Origin: a virus
Lineage: Duplodnaviria; Caudoviricetes
Length of the DNA: 50,819 nt
Strand: one strand, 5' to 3'
Virus record (IMG/VR): IMGVR_UViG_3300037478_000628
Coordinates: 1 to 50,819 of that record
Part shown: one piece after another, positions 33,252 through 41,716 of the stretch
How the letters are laid out: each line of letters starts with the position of its first letter
Numbering within the stretch: position 1 is the stretch's first letter
Translations under genes and position numbers: made by a program
Notes under the pieces: model-generated
The model's input: the letters and a program-made list of their open reading frames with translations, nothing else
Told to the model about the DNA's origin: nothing
Database searches by the model: none

Positions 33252-35206
33252 GGAGCAGCCCCCACACCCTGCCCGAACGCCCGCAGCATCCCTCGGTCAC
33301 GGCGCTCGAACTTCAACTCGAAGACCCGCTGGATCCCCTCACCCAGATCTATGGTGGCGGTGGCGACGAACTCGCCCGGACCGCCGGCTGGGGCGAGCGC
33401 GGCCATCTGCTCGGGGGTGAACACCCCCTCGCGTGCCTTGGCCACGATCAGCTGCTCACCGATGCCGGGGATGATCCCGCCACCGTGGAACCGGCCGATG
33501 TCCGGCGTCGACAAGGTCATACCACCGAACTTCTGACCCAGGATCGTCACCGCCGGGAGGGTGAAGCTGAGGCCATTCCACCGGTCGATCACCCAGTTGA
33601 TCGCGGCCCGGAAGGCGTCCTTGATCCCGTTCCACATGCCGGAGGCGGCCGACCGGATCCGGCCGGGTAGACCCTTCACGAAGCCCACCACCGTATTGAA
33701 GTTGGCGACGATCCGGTCCTTCACGCCGACGACCCAGCCGACCACCGCCGCCAGCAGCCCCCGCCAGAAGCCGAAGTACAGCCGGATCCCATCCCACACC
33801 TTCCCCGCGGCGCCCACGATGAACCCGAACACGGCCTGGATACCCGGCCACAGCGTCCCGCTGATCCAGCGCCACACCGCCTTCACCGGGTCGCCGATGT
33901 GGTCCCAGATGTGATGCCACAGCCGCTGGAACCAGTCGGTCTTGGTGGCCACGAACACGATCGCGGCGACCATCGCAGCGACCGCCACGATGATGATCCC
34001 GATCGGGTTGGCCGTCAGCGCCAGGTTCAGCAGCCACTGCATGGCGGTCCACACCGCGGTGGCGGTCTTCACCAGTTGCAGGCTCATCAGGTACTTGCCG
34101 AGGAACGCGAGCATCCCACCGGCGGCCTGGACCGCCATCGCCGCCGCGTGCAGCTTCGTGATCACGATCAGCGCACCGATGGTGATCAGCAGCCCTTTGA
34201 GCAGCCCCTGGTGGTCGCGGAAGAACCGGACGGTGCCGGCGATCGCCGGTATCACCGTGCCGGTGATGATGGTGGCCAGGGTGGTGAACACCGCCCGGAG
34301 CCGGGGTAGCCAGGTGGCGGCCAGCTCCCGCACCCGTGGTACCACTTCGGTCGAGAACCAGCCACCGAGCCGCTGCAACGCGGGGATGATCTTGTCGTTG
34401 ATCGCTGGGATGATGTGCTCCTGAAGCGCCTTGGACGCCTTGTCCATCGTGGCCAGGATCACCGGCTCAAGCGGCTCCAGCGCGTGGGAGATCAGCGTCT
34501 TGAACCGCTGCCACGGGGTGGCCGCCGCGGCTGCCGCACCACCGAACTCGGTGGCCAGCTCCTTCAGGATGATCTTCTGGGCGCCCATGATGTCACCGGA
34601 CTCGACCAGGGCCTTGATCTGTTCCTTCTGTGAGGCGGTGAACGACACACCGACCCGCTGCAACGCGGAGATGCCTTTGATCGGGTCGTTGAGGGCCTTC
34701 CCGACCTGGATCGCCTGCTTCTTCATGTCGGTGCCGAGCGCGGCTGACATGTCGGTGACGGTCTGGGTGGCCTGGTTGAAGATGTCGTTGCCCTTGCCCA
34801 CCTCGTTGCGGATCCGGGTGAAGGTGAGCAGCATGTTGGAGCCGGACTGGATCGCCGCGTCGTCGATGCCGCTCTTGCGGGAGATGGCGTGGGCCAGCTT
34901 GGTGACTTCCTTGGCGGTGACGTTCGCGGCGCCGCCGGTGGTCTTGAGGACCTGGGTGGTGAGCCGGTCGATCCGTGCCCCCTCGGCCGCGGCTTTGGCG
35001 AAGTCGCCGACCGCGGTGGTGATCTTCCCGAAGGCGGCGGTGATCACCTGGGCGCCGAGAATCCCCTTGACGATGGTGGTGAACCCGCCGCCGAAAGCCT
35101 TGCCGGACTGCTGACCGGCCTTCCTGGCCCCGGGTTCGGCGTCCTTCCCGAAGCGGGCGGTGTCCGGCCGCACCCGGATGAACGCCTCACCAATGCGCCT
35201 AGCCAC
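33248..35206 (-). CDS. Tape measure protein
   Basis: IGEAFIRV.PD start, A.QVGKALNDP.KG..AL.RVG, ANPIG, Trp/Phe periodic repeats. Confidence 0.93.
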   Translation of the reverse strand: MARRIGEAFIRVRPDTARFGKDAEPGARKAGQQSGKAFGGGFTTIVKGILGAQVITAAFGKITTAVGDFAKAAAEGARIDRLTTQVLKTTGGAANVTAKEVTKLAHAISRKSGIDDAAIQSGSNMLLTFTRIRNEVGKGNDIFNQATQTVTDMSAALGTDMKKQAIQVGKALNDPIKGISALQRVGVSFTASQKEQIKALVESGDIMGAQKIILKELATEFGGAAAAAATPWQRFKTLISHALEPLEPVILATMDKASKALQEHIIPAINDKIIPALQRLGGWFSTEVVPRVRELAATWLPRLRAVFTTLATIITGTVIPAIAGTVRFFRDHQGLLKGLLITIGALIVITKLHAAAMAVQAAGGMLAFLGKYLMSLQLVKTATAVWTAMQWLLNLALTANPIGIIIVAVAAMVAAIVFVATKTDWFQRLWHHIWDHIGDPVKAVWRWISGTLWPGIQAVFGFIVGAAGKVWDGIRLYFGFWRGLLAAVVGWVVGVKDRIVANFNTVVGFVKGLPGRIRSAASGMWNGIKDAFRAAINWVIDRWNGLSFTLPAVTILGQKFGGMTLSTPDIGRFHGGGIIPGIGEQLIVAKAREGVFTPEQMAALAPAGGPGEFVATATIDLGEGIQRVFELKFERRDRGMLRAFGQGVGAAP

Positions 35207-35561
35207 CGACCATCTCACCCCCGACCGCCTCGGTCATCTCCGCCACCCGCACCGCCCGATCCGAACCGGACACCGTACGCTGGAGCACCGTGTCCAAGGG
35301 AGCCGGGTCCTCCGCGCCCAGCAGCTTCAGCACCCCCCGCCGCCACATCCACTCATCGGCCAGCACATACAGCACGCTCAGCCCCTGGGCAGCGGGGAGA
35401 GCCATCAGCTGGCCGCCCGGTCCACCGCCGCCCGCAGCTCCGCCTCCCGCTCCGGGGTCAGCACCTCCTCCCGCCAGCTGCCATCGGCAGAGTGAACCCT
35501 CCACGTACGGCCAGTGCTGGTTGGCCCATCGGCAGAGTCCGAGGGCCGCCGGGTAGGGCGC
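35199..35561 (-). CDS. Tail assembly chaperone, frameshifted C-terminal extension
   Basis: Open -1 frame (PYPAALGLCRWANQHWPYVEG...) from GCGCCCTAC to the tape measure start. Confidence 0.6.
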   Translation of the reverse strand, partial: APYPAALGLCRWANQHWPYVEGSLCRWQLAGGGADPGAGGGAAGGGGPGGQLMALPAAQGLSVLYVLADEWMWRRGVLKLLGAEDPAPLDTVLQRTVSGSDRAVRVAEMTEAVGGEMVGG

Positions 35562-35848
35562 TCCGACACCGCCTCGATCACGTCGGCGACGATCTGGAGT
35601 AGCGTGTCCGGGTCGGTGCCATGATCTCGGCAGTGTGCCCGGAACCGGTCGTAGTCCTGGCCGAGCAGGCTGCGGAAGAACTGGCCCAGCGCGGCGGCAC
35701 CCTCCACCGAGGCCGCGTCGGTGTCGGCGACCTGGGCCAGCTCGCACAGCTCCAGCAGCTTCACCCCGCCGGTGGCGACGAACTCGATCCCGTCCAGGTC
35801 GAAGCCGACCGGCTCGGTGGGTTTGGAGGTGTAGGAGCGGCGGCCCAT
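35405..35848 (-). CDS. Tail assembly chaperone
   Basis: Between major tail and tape measure; PV.F.LDG..F...DY.RF...L..IV..VIE....RPT. Confidence 0.8.
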   Translation of the reverse strand: MGRRSYTSKPTEPVGFDLDGIEFVATGGVKLLELCELAQVADTDAASVEGAAALGQFFRSLLGQDYDRFRAHCRDHGTDPDTLLQIVADVIEAVSERPTRRPSDSADGPTSTGRTWRVHSADGSWREEVLTPEREAELRAAVDRAAS

Positions 35849-36387
35849 CATGCCCTCGCCGGTGAAGCGAAGATGGTCCTGAACGGCCCGACCCCGGCTG
35901 GCTTCTCACAGTTCAGCTCGAACGGGAAGCCGGCCTTGTCCGCGCCCTTACGCCGGGCGGTCTCCACCGTGCCGGAGGACAGGCACTGGCGGAAGATCCA
36001 CCGCTCCTGGGCGTCGTCGGACTCCCACCCGTACATCTTCCGCGTCTCGGTGCCGAACGCGGGCGGATCGAAGGTGACGAACCCGGAGCCGGTGGTGATC
36101 GTCCCGCCATTCAACGCACGCTTCAGGTTGGTGGCGGTGATCTCCGCCAGGACGAACCGGACCATGATGACACGGCCGGTGGGCGAATAGCGGATCGGGT
36201 CCAGCTCCTCGGCCACCTCCACCGGTTCCACGTTCAGCTGGTATGACCAGTCGCTGCCCTCGAAGGTGTAGCCCAGGTCCACCCAGGCGGCGACCCATCC
36301 GGTGATCAGGTCGGTCGGCTCGGTCGAGCCGAGGTCGGCGATCTTCAGCTTCCCCGGACCCAGGCTGATCGCATTCGGATTGCCCAT
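35848..36387 (-). CDS. Major tail protein
   Basis: I.LGPG.L.IA..G..EP...W.DLGYT..G...E.DPI...F.LAE.T..N...F..E. Confidence 0.88.
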   Translation of the reverse strand: MGNPNAISLGPGKLKIADLGSTEPTDLITGWVAAWVDLGYTFEGSDWSYQLNVEPVEVAEELDPIRYSPTGRVIMVRFVLAEITATNLKRALNGGTITTGSGFVTFDPPAFGTETRKMYGWESDDAQERWIFRQCLSSGTVETARRKGADKAGFPFELNCEKPAGVGPFRTIFASPARA

Positions 36388-36396
36388 TCCATCCTC

Positions 36397-36699
36397 CTAG
36401 ATGAACACGTAGCTGTTGAGCAGGTCACGGGCGAACCGCTGAGCCGGCTGACGGTCGGTGCCGTACTCCGGGAAGATCAGATAGAAGTGGTCGGCATCCC
36501 AGCCCACATCCTGGGCGCCGGCCGCGCGGGAGTCCCGGGCCTCGATCGTGGCCGCGGCCTGTCCGGAGTCCCTCGGGGCGGCCGCCGCCAGCTCCTGGGC
36601 CATGTCCTCGGCGGCCCGCTCGATGTGGGCCACCACCTGGGGGTCGGTCTTCAACCCGCGTAGGGCGGCCCGGTCCCACACGATCCGCACGTCAGCCAT
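36397..36699 (-). CDS. HK97 gp10-like tail completion protein
   Basis: AP.DSG....I...VG....FY..F.EYGT..QPAQ.F. Confidence 0.8.
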   Translation of the reverse strand: MADVRIVWDRAALRGLKTDPQVVAHIERAAEDMAQELAAAAPRDSGQAAATIEARDSRAAGAQDVGWDADHFYLIFPEYGTDRQPAQRFARDLLNSYVFI

Positions 36700-36865
36700 C
36701 GACCCGCCTCACCTTCGACTGCCATCCGTAGGCCTCGACATGCTCCGGCCGGACCCGGTCACCCGGGCTGTGCGCGCGCACCCCGGCCACGAACAGCGGC
36801 TCAAGCGCCTCGTACACCCCAACCAGCGGGGCGGGCGGGGCGTCGACCGGCTTCTTGGCGGGCAT
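36692..36865 (-). CDS. Small virion-associated hypothetical protein
   Basis: Y.A.EPLF..GVRAH.PGD.V..EHV..YGW; GGGAG RBS. Confidence 0.6.
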   Translation of the reverse strand: MPAKKPVDAPPAPLVGVYEALEPLFVAGVRAHSPGDRVRPEHVEAYGWQSKVRRVDG

Positions 36866-36874
36866 CGGGACTCC

Positions 36875-37213
36875 CTATGGCAACCGGAGGACGGCGATGG
36901 ACAGGTTCGTCTCGGCGTCGTAGGTCATCGCCACCAGCCCGTCAGCGGCGGCGAAGATGTCAGCCGGGAACGGGCCGATCATCTTGTCGCCGGTGGTGGC
37001 CGGGATGGTGGCGGTCATGTCGGCCACGTCGAACTCGGCCAGCTTCCCGGCGGTGGCGAAGGTGATGATCCGCGGGGACGCGTTGGTGTTCTTCGCATGC
37101 ACGAACACACCGGCACCGGGGGAGAACTTGTCCCCACCGGCCGCGGCCACGTTGTAGGTGGGTGTCACACCGGACCCGGTGCGGACCACCTGCTGGGTTA
37201 CTAGCGTCGCCAT
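36875..37213 (-). CDS. Virion structural protein (beta-sandwich)
   Basis: A.AGGD.F.......KN...TIPA..G...IGPF...F...V..TY. Confidence 0.75.
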   Translation of the reverse strand: MATLVTQQVVRTGSGVTPTYNVAAAGGDKFSPGAGVFVHAKNTNASPRIITFATAGKLAEFDVADMTATIPATTGDKMIGPFPADIFAAADGLVAMTYDAETNLSIAVLRLP

Positions 37214-37223
37214 GACCTCTCCC

Positions 37224-37688
37224 TCACTGAACCCACGAATCGACACCGATCCGGTACGACAAGATGCTTACCGCCTGGTCATCCACGGGGGAGTAGTCCC
37301 CTTGCCCGGACACCACCCGGGCCACGCTGCTACCACCGGCCAGGTTCGGCTCGGCCAGCAGCAGCCGCCCAACCTCCGCCCCGACCGCCTCGGCCAGCTC
37401 GTCCGTGTCGGCGATGCCACCCTCACCGGGTGGGGACTGGGCCACCCGGATATGCACCGTCACCGTGGCCGCCTCCTTGGCCAGCCGGTCATGAGGCCCG
37501 GACTGCACGGCCTCCTCCTCCGGCTGGTCGAACAGCACCCCGCCGCCGTACACGCACACCAGCTCCGCCGTGGCACCCGGCCACGCGTAGGCCACCTGAA
37601 CCCCCGACAGCGGATTGCCGGGCTCGGCCGCCCGCTGCTGAAGCCGCGCGATGATCGCCCGCTTCGCCGCGTACACGTTGGTGGTCAT
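37224..37688 (-). CDS. Tail terminator-like protein
   Basis: AK.AI...L...L.GVQV.Y.WP...E...V.V.I.V; position in the head-tail module. Confidence 0.7.
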   Translation of the reverse strand: MTTNVYAAKRAIIARLQQRAAEPGNPLSGVQVAYAWPGATAELVCVYGGGVLFDQPEEEAVQSGPHDRLAKEAATVTVHIRVAQSPPGEGGIADTDELAEAVGAEVGRLLLAEPNLAGGSSVARVVSGQGDYSPVDDQAVSILSYRIGVDSWVQ

Positions 37689-38554
37689 TAGGCGATCCAC
37701 ACCCTCTCGAACCCGGCGCGGTGGTATGCCGCGTCAACCTCCGAGTAGCCGGTGGACCGCTTCCCGGCGGTCGTCAGCCGGTACACCCCACCCTCCGCGA
37801 CCGTGAACGACACCGCCCGGTCGGGGATCTGGGTACGGGTCTCGGACAGCTTCGAACGCAGCCGCAGGACCGCCGCGTCCCGCACCGTCACCGGCGGCAT
37901 GTCCAGACCATGCTCGTACTCGACGATGACGTTACGGTGACCGTCCGGCCACGTCGCCCGGTCATCGCGGATCAGCACCCCCTCCGGCTGGGCGGCGATC
38001 TCCGCCACCTCGGCCACCCCCAGCGCGGTGAACACCCCACCGGCCCGGTCCGCGTAGCTGGCCGCCCGGACCGCCCGCAGCTCCACATCCGGGACGCACA
38101 ACTCCGGGGTGCCGGTGCCGTCGAGTAGCCGCCGCTTGAACCGGGGCACGAACGCCACCCCGGCGATGTCCTCCGCCTCCACCTCCACCGAGGTGCGCTT
38201 CACGGCGAGGGTGCCGGTGTCGTAGCTGGCGGCCAGCCGCAACTCGGACCGGGCCTCCGCCAGGCCGAACAGGAACCCGCCGACAATCTCCACCACATCC
38301 CGCACGACGACGGTGGCGCCGCCAACCAGCCCCGACCAGTCCACCGTCAACGTGTCCACCAGCGGCTGCTCGGCGAGCTCGAAGTCGTATACCCCGGAGC
38401 CGATGCTGGCGGCCGCGCCGGAGGTGACCAGGGTCCCGTCGAGCCGCTTCACCGTGACGGTCACCGCCCCGGCGGCGTCGGTGGGGGTCTCCCCCGAGTA
38501 GAACGTGTGGGAGAGGGTGACCCGGCTGGTGACGAGGACACGGAGCAGGCTCAT
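37688..38554 (-). CDS. Head-to-tail adaptor with an N-terminal Ig-like domain
   Basis: TVTV...DG...G.Y N-domain; E..AG.AFVPR...DG.G...N..VEY.HG...P..VR.A...TG..EVDA. Confidence 0.75.
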   Translation of the reverse strand: MSLLRVLVTSRVTLSHTFYSGETPTDAAGAVTVTVKRLDGTLVTSGAAASIGSGVYDFELAEQPLVDTLTVDWSGLVGGATVVVRDVVEIVGGFLFGLAEARSELRLAASYDTGTLAVKRTSVEVEAEDIAGVAFVPRFKRRLLDGTGTPELCVPDVELRAVRAASYADRAGGVFTALGVAEVAEIAAQPEGVLIRDDRATWPDGHRNVIVEYEHGLDMPPVTVRDAAVLRLRSKLSETRTQIPDRAVSFTVAEGGVYRLTTAGKRSTGYSEVDAAYHRAGFERVWIA

Positions 38555-39129
38555 GGCGCGCCGCCCATGGTGATGGCACCCCAGCCGTAGACGGGCTGGT
38601 CAGCCGAGCGGATCTCGCTGACCCAGTCCGGCGGCAGCCCTCGGACCTTCTCCGGCCAGAACTTCCACACCTCACACCGGATGTCCCCGGCGCTGTAGAT
38701 GTCGTGCAGCAGCACCAGACCACCGGGGCGGACCAGCATGGCATACATGTCCCAGTCGGCCCACACCCCCCCGTACAGGTGATCCCCGTCGAGCACCAGC
38801 ACGTCCAGCGGCCGGCCGGCGAGCTGCCCGGTCAGCCACTTCAGCGTCGCCGGATCGTGTGAGTCGCCGATGTACACGGTCGCCCCGTGGGTGTCGAGTG
38901 GCTGACCGGATCCGCCGCTCGCGTACGAGTTGTCGGCCAGGGTGATGCCGTACACCTGAGGGCACACCTGCCGCCACGCCCACAACGTCCCGCCCCGGTC
39001 GCAGCCGATCTCCACCAGCACCTTCGGCTGAGCGGCGGCCACCAGCTTCACCGCGGCGGCCAGCTCGTCCTGCTTCTGGGAGGCGCGGTGCTCGTGGCAG
39101 GCCACCCGGGCGATCTCATCCGGGGTCAC
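38551..39129 (-). CDS. Class I SAM-dependent methyltransferase (Methyltransf_24-like)
   Basis: VEIGCDRGG, GDSH, LDGDH.Y..V..D, PGGLV.LHD. Confidence 0.88.
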   Translation of the reverse strand: MTPDEIARVACHEHRASQKQDELAAAVKLVAAAQPKVLVEIGCDRGGTLWAWRQVCPQVYGITLADNSYASGGSGQPLDTHGATVYIGDSHDPATLKWLTGQLAGRPLDVLVLDGDHLYGGVWADWDMYAMLVRPGGLVLLHDIYSAGDIRCEVWKFWPEKVRGLPPDWVSEIRSADQPVYGWGAITMGGAP

Positions 39130-39338
39130 GGTGTCACCACCGGCCGCGGCCGGTAGACGGCCATCTGTTCGGCAGGCACAATGACCACGTCCACATCGGG
39201 CAGCTGTTCGCGTAGCTTGGCCTTCATCGCTTCGTAGTGAGCTTGGGTGAGTGGCGGCAGCACCCGGATGATGAGGGTGTCACCAGGCTGAATGGTCAGC
39301 GCTTCCGCCACATCAGGAAGCGGCTCGGCGGCGGTCAC
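39126..39338 (-). CDS. Small hypothetical protein
   Basis: L.IQPGD.LIIRV; 4-bp overlaps at both ends. Confidence 0.55.
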   Translation of the reverse strand: MTAAEPLPDVAEALTIQPGDTLIIRVLPPLTQAHYEAMKAKLREQLPDVDVVIVPAEQMAVYRPRPVVTP

Positions 39339-41254
39339 GATGTCACCGGCCGGCAGATCAGGTAGTCGGCCTTGACAGGCTCGGTCAGCGGACCGTCCGG
39401 GCTCCAGTGGGTCTCGTAGGTGAACGCCACCTCCCAGCCGTAGCCCAGCTCGGTCAGCAGCGTCTCCAGGTCGGCCCGCTCGTAGTAGCCGCAGTAGTCG
39501 TGACACTCCACGAACAGCACCGGCCGGTGCCGGGCCAGCAGCCCGGCCATCCCCCGCAGCGCGTGAAGGTCCGCGCCCTCGACGTCCAGCTTCACCAGAT
39601 CCAGCCGATCCAGGTCCTGAAGGACCGGGGTGATGTCCAGCCGCTTCCCCGGGACCGCACCACCGACCTGACCCGTCTCGGGCACGGTCCGGGTGGACCC
39701 TCCCGACTCCTTCCCGTGCGGATCCTGAAGGCTCAGCCAGGCGTGCTCATCCCACGCGGCGAACTCCAGCACGGTCACGTTCCCGATGTCGTTGAGCGCC
39801 AGGTTCCGGCGCAGCCCCGACACGGCCGCCGGGTTCGGCTCCACCGCAAACACCTCGGACGCTTTGCCGGCCAGCCGCAGCGCGTAATGCCCCACGTGAG
39901 CACCAACATCCAGCAGCACCCCACCATCCGGCAGCAGCCGCTCCACAATCCCCAGCAACTCCGACTCATGCTCGCCCAGGCCCAGGTAGTCCTCGGAACC
40001 CTTGCCCCGGTCCAACCACAGCAGCCCGTCAGCCTCCCGAACCCGCACCTGCGGACGCCCCGGCGCCCGCGCCGCATCATCACCACGACGAGTCAGCGCA
40101 TCGGCCAGCTGCTTCAAAGCCGGCTCCCAATGCTCGGCCAGCACCCGGTCGGCGTCATACTCCTGGGCGAACGCCCACGCCTGCGCGCGCATCTCCTCGC
40201 CGCGGGCCTGCTCGTACGCCTCCTCGTAAGCGGCCACGATCGAGGCGATGAACGGCCGCCGCGCCCAGGCGCTCTGAGAGTCGTGCCACATCGGCTCCCC
40301 GGGGACCTTCCACCCGGTGCCCACCAGCTCCGGCATGCTGGTCGTATCCGACACCACCACCGGCGTGCCACACGCCTGCGCCTCGACGATCGGCACCCCG
40401 AAGCCTTCCCCCCACGAGCAGTTGGTGAGCACGTCCGCGGCCCGGTAGATGTCGGCGATCGTCGACGCGGGTACCCCCACCTTGTAGGCGTACTGGTCGG
40501 TGAACCAGTACGAGCTGTCGGGAAAGTCGCTGAGCAGGTGGCGGATGTCCACCCCGTACGGTGAGGTCACATCGGTGTGGATCGCCAGCACCGCATCCGG
40601 ATGCTTCCGGTGCAACTCACCGAAGGCCAGGATCTGCTCGTAGAACGCCTTCCGCGCCCCGTCCTTACCCACGTTCGCGGCCACCATCGCCACCACGAAC
40701 GCATCCTCCGGAAGCCCCACCCGTTGTCGGGCCTCCACCTTGTCACCCGGGCAGAACACGCTGGTGTCGATCCCGTGGGGCACGTACAGCGGCTTGAACC
40801 CGGCCTCGGTCAACGCCCGCTCCCCGAACCGGGACATGGCGATCGGGATCGCCCCCATCACCTCGAACCAGGAGGCCACCGCCGGCGGCACGTGCTCATG
40901 GTCGACCGGCACCCACGAGGCCACGTTCATCTCGGCCAGCAACGGCGCGTTGAACGTCCACACATCCCCGAGGGTGATGATCAGCCCCTGGTCGGCCACC
41001 GTCCGGAAGCTTTTGCCGGGTCCGCCTCCGAAGTGGTCCACCGCGTGGGGCACGATAACGTCCCCGCCGTATGACTTGGCGTAGGCGGGGTAGCAGGTGA
41101 TGCCCTGCCAGTTGAGCTTGGCGCCCATCAGCCCGTAGTAGGCGGAGATGGCCAGGTCGTGTCCCAACGCTTTGATCCGTGGGGCGAAGGTGGCGGTCTG
41201 CTGCCCGTAACCCGAACCAACCCAGGGGGCTACCGAATGCCACAGGAGCTTCAT
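39335..41254 (-). CDS. GT4 (GT-B) glycosyltransferase fused to an FkbM-family methyltransferase
   Basis: SGYG.Q, PHGIDT..F, RK, EGFGVPIVEAQACG (EX7E); then LDVGAHVG, VEPNP, KLDVEGA. Confidence 0.9.
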   Translation of the reverse strand: MKLLWHSVAPWVGSGYGQQTATFAPRIKALGHDLAISAYYGLMGAKLNWQGITCYPAYAKSYGGDVIVPHAVDHFGGGPGKSFRTVADQGLIITLGDVWTFNAPLLAEMNVASWVPVDHEHVPPAVASWFEVMGAIPIAMSRFGERALTEAGFKPLYVPHGIDTSVFCPGDKVEARQRVGLPEDAFVVAMVAANVGKDGARKAFYEQILAFGELHRKHPDAVLAIHTDVTSPYGVDIRHLLSDFPDSSYWFTDQYAYKVGVPASTIADIYRAADVLTNCSWGEGFGVPIVEAQACGTPVVVSDTTSMPELVGTGWKVPGEPMWHDSQSAWARRPFIASIVAAYEEAYEQARGEEMRAQAWAFAQEYDADRVLAEHWEPALKQLADALTRRGDDAARAPGRPQVRVREADGLLWLDRGKGSEDYLGLGEHESELLGIVERLLPDGGVLLDVGAHVGHYALRLAGKASEVFAVEPNPAAVSGLRRNLALNDIGNVTVLEFAAWDEHAWLSLQDPHGKESGGSTRTVPETGQVGGAVPGKRLDITPVLQDLDRLDLVKLDVEGADLHALRGMAGLLARHRPVLFVECHDYCGYYERADLETLLTELGYGWEVAFTYETHWSPDGPLTEPVKADYLICRPVTS

Positions 41255-41631
41255 CCGGTCACCTCACTGGCGACCGCGATCTCCTGCCGGAGCCGGTCGG
41301 CACCCCACCGCCGGTCCACCCTCACTCCCAGGTCCTGGGCGATGCGACGCAGCGCGTCCAGGTCATCCCCGGGGACGATCCGGGCGTCCTTCACCTCGAC
41401 CGGTTCGGCGATCTTGTCGACCGTCTCCCGGTCAGACTCCTCCTCGGACTCCTCCTCCGGCTCGGGGTCCTCGGCCAGAATCTCCACCTGACCAACCCGG
41501 GCCAGGTACCGCATGTGGGCGACCGCGTCATGGTCGGCGTCGTCAACCACGCTGACGGTGCCCTCACCAGCGGCGTACGTACGGCCGTCCGCCCACCGGC
41601 TATTCACCTGAGTGATGGTCCTGATCCTCAT
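41251..41631 (-). CDS. Capsid-adjacent hypothetical protein with a C-terminal helix-extension-helix motif
   Basis: LDALR..A..LGV.VD.RW...RL..EI; acidic linker. Confidence 0.7.
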   Translation of the reverse strand: MRIRTITQVNSRWADGRTYAAGEGTVSVVDDADHDAVAHMRYLARVGQVEILAEDPEPEEESEEESDRETVDKIAEPVEVKDARIVPGDDLDALRRIAQDLGVRVDRRWGADRLRQEIAVASEVTG

Positions 41632-41644
41632 GCTGCTTCCTTCC

Positions 41645-41710
41645 GTGTCTCCCTTGCGGACGGTTTAGTCCGGCCCCGCCGGCACGTCGGGGAGACAAGC
41701 CGGCGGGGCC
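41645..41710 (-). terminator. Post-capsid hairpin with a potential loop pseudoknot
   Basis: 12-bp stem 41672-41683/41699-41710; loop TGTCTCCC is complementary to downstream GGGAGACA. Confidence 0.6.
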
Positions 41711-41716
41711 GAACGA

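Noticed and set aside
38551-39129. DNA methyltransferase for restriction evasion
   Set aside because: Lacks N6/N4 (D/N)PP(Y/F) and C5 PC motifs; has the DGDH motif of small-molecule/sugar methyltransferases
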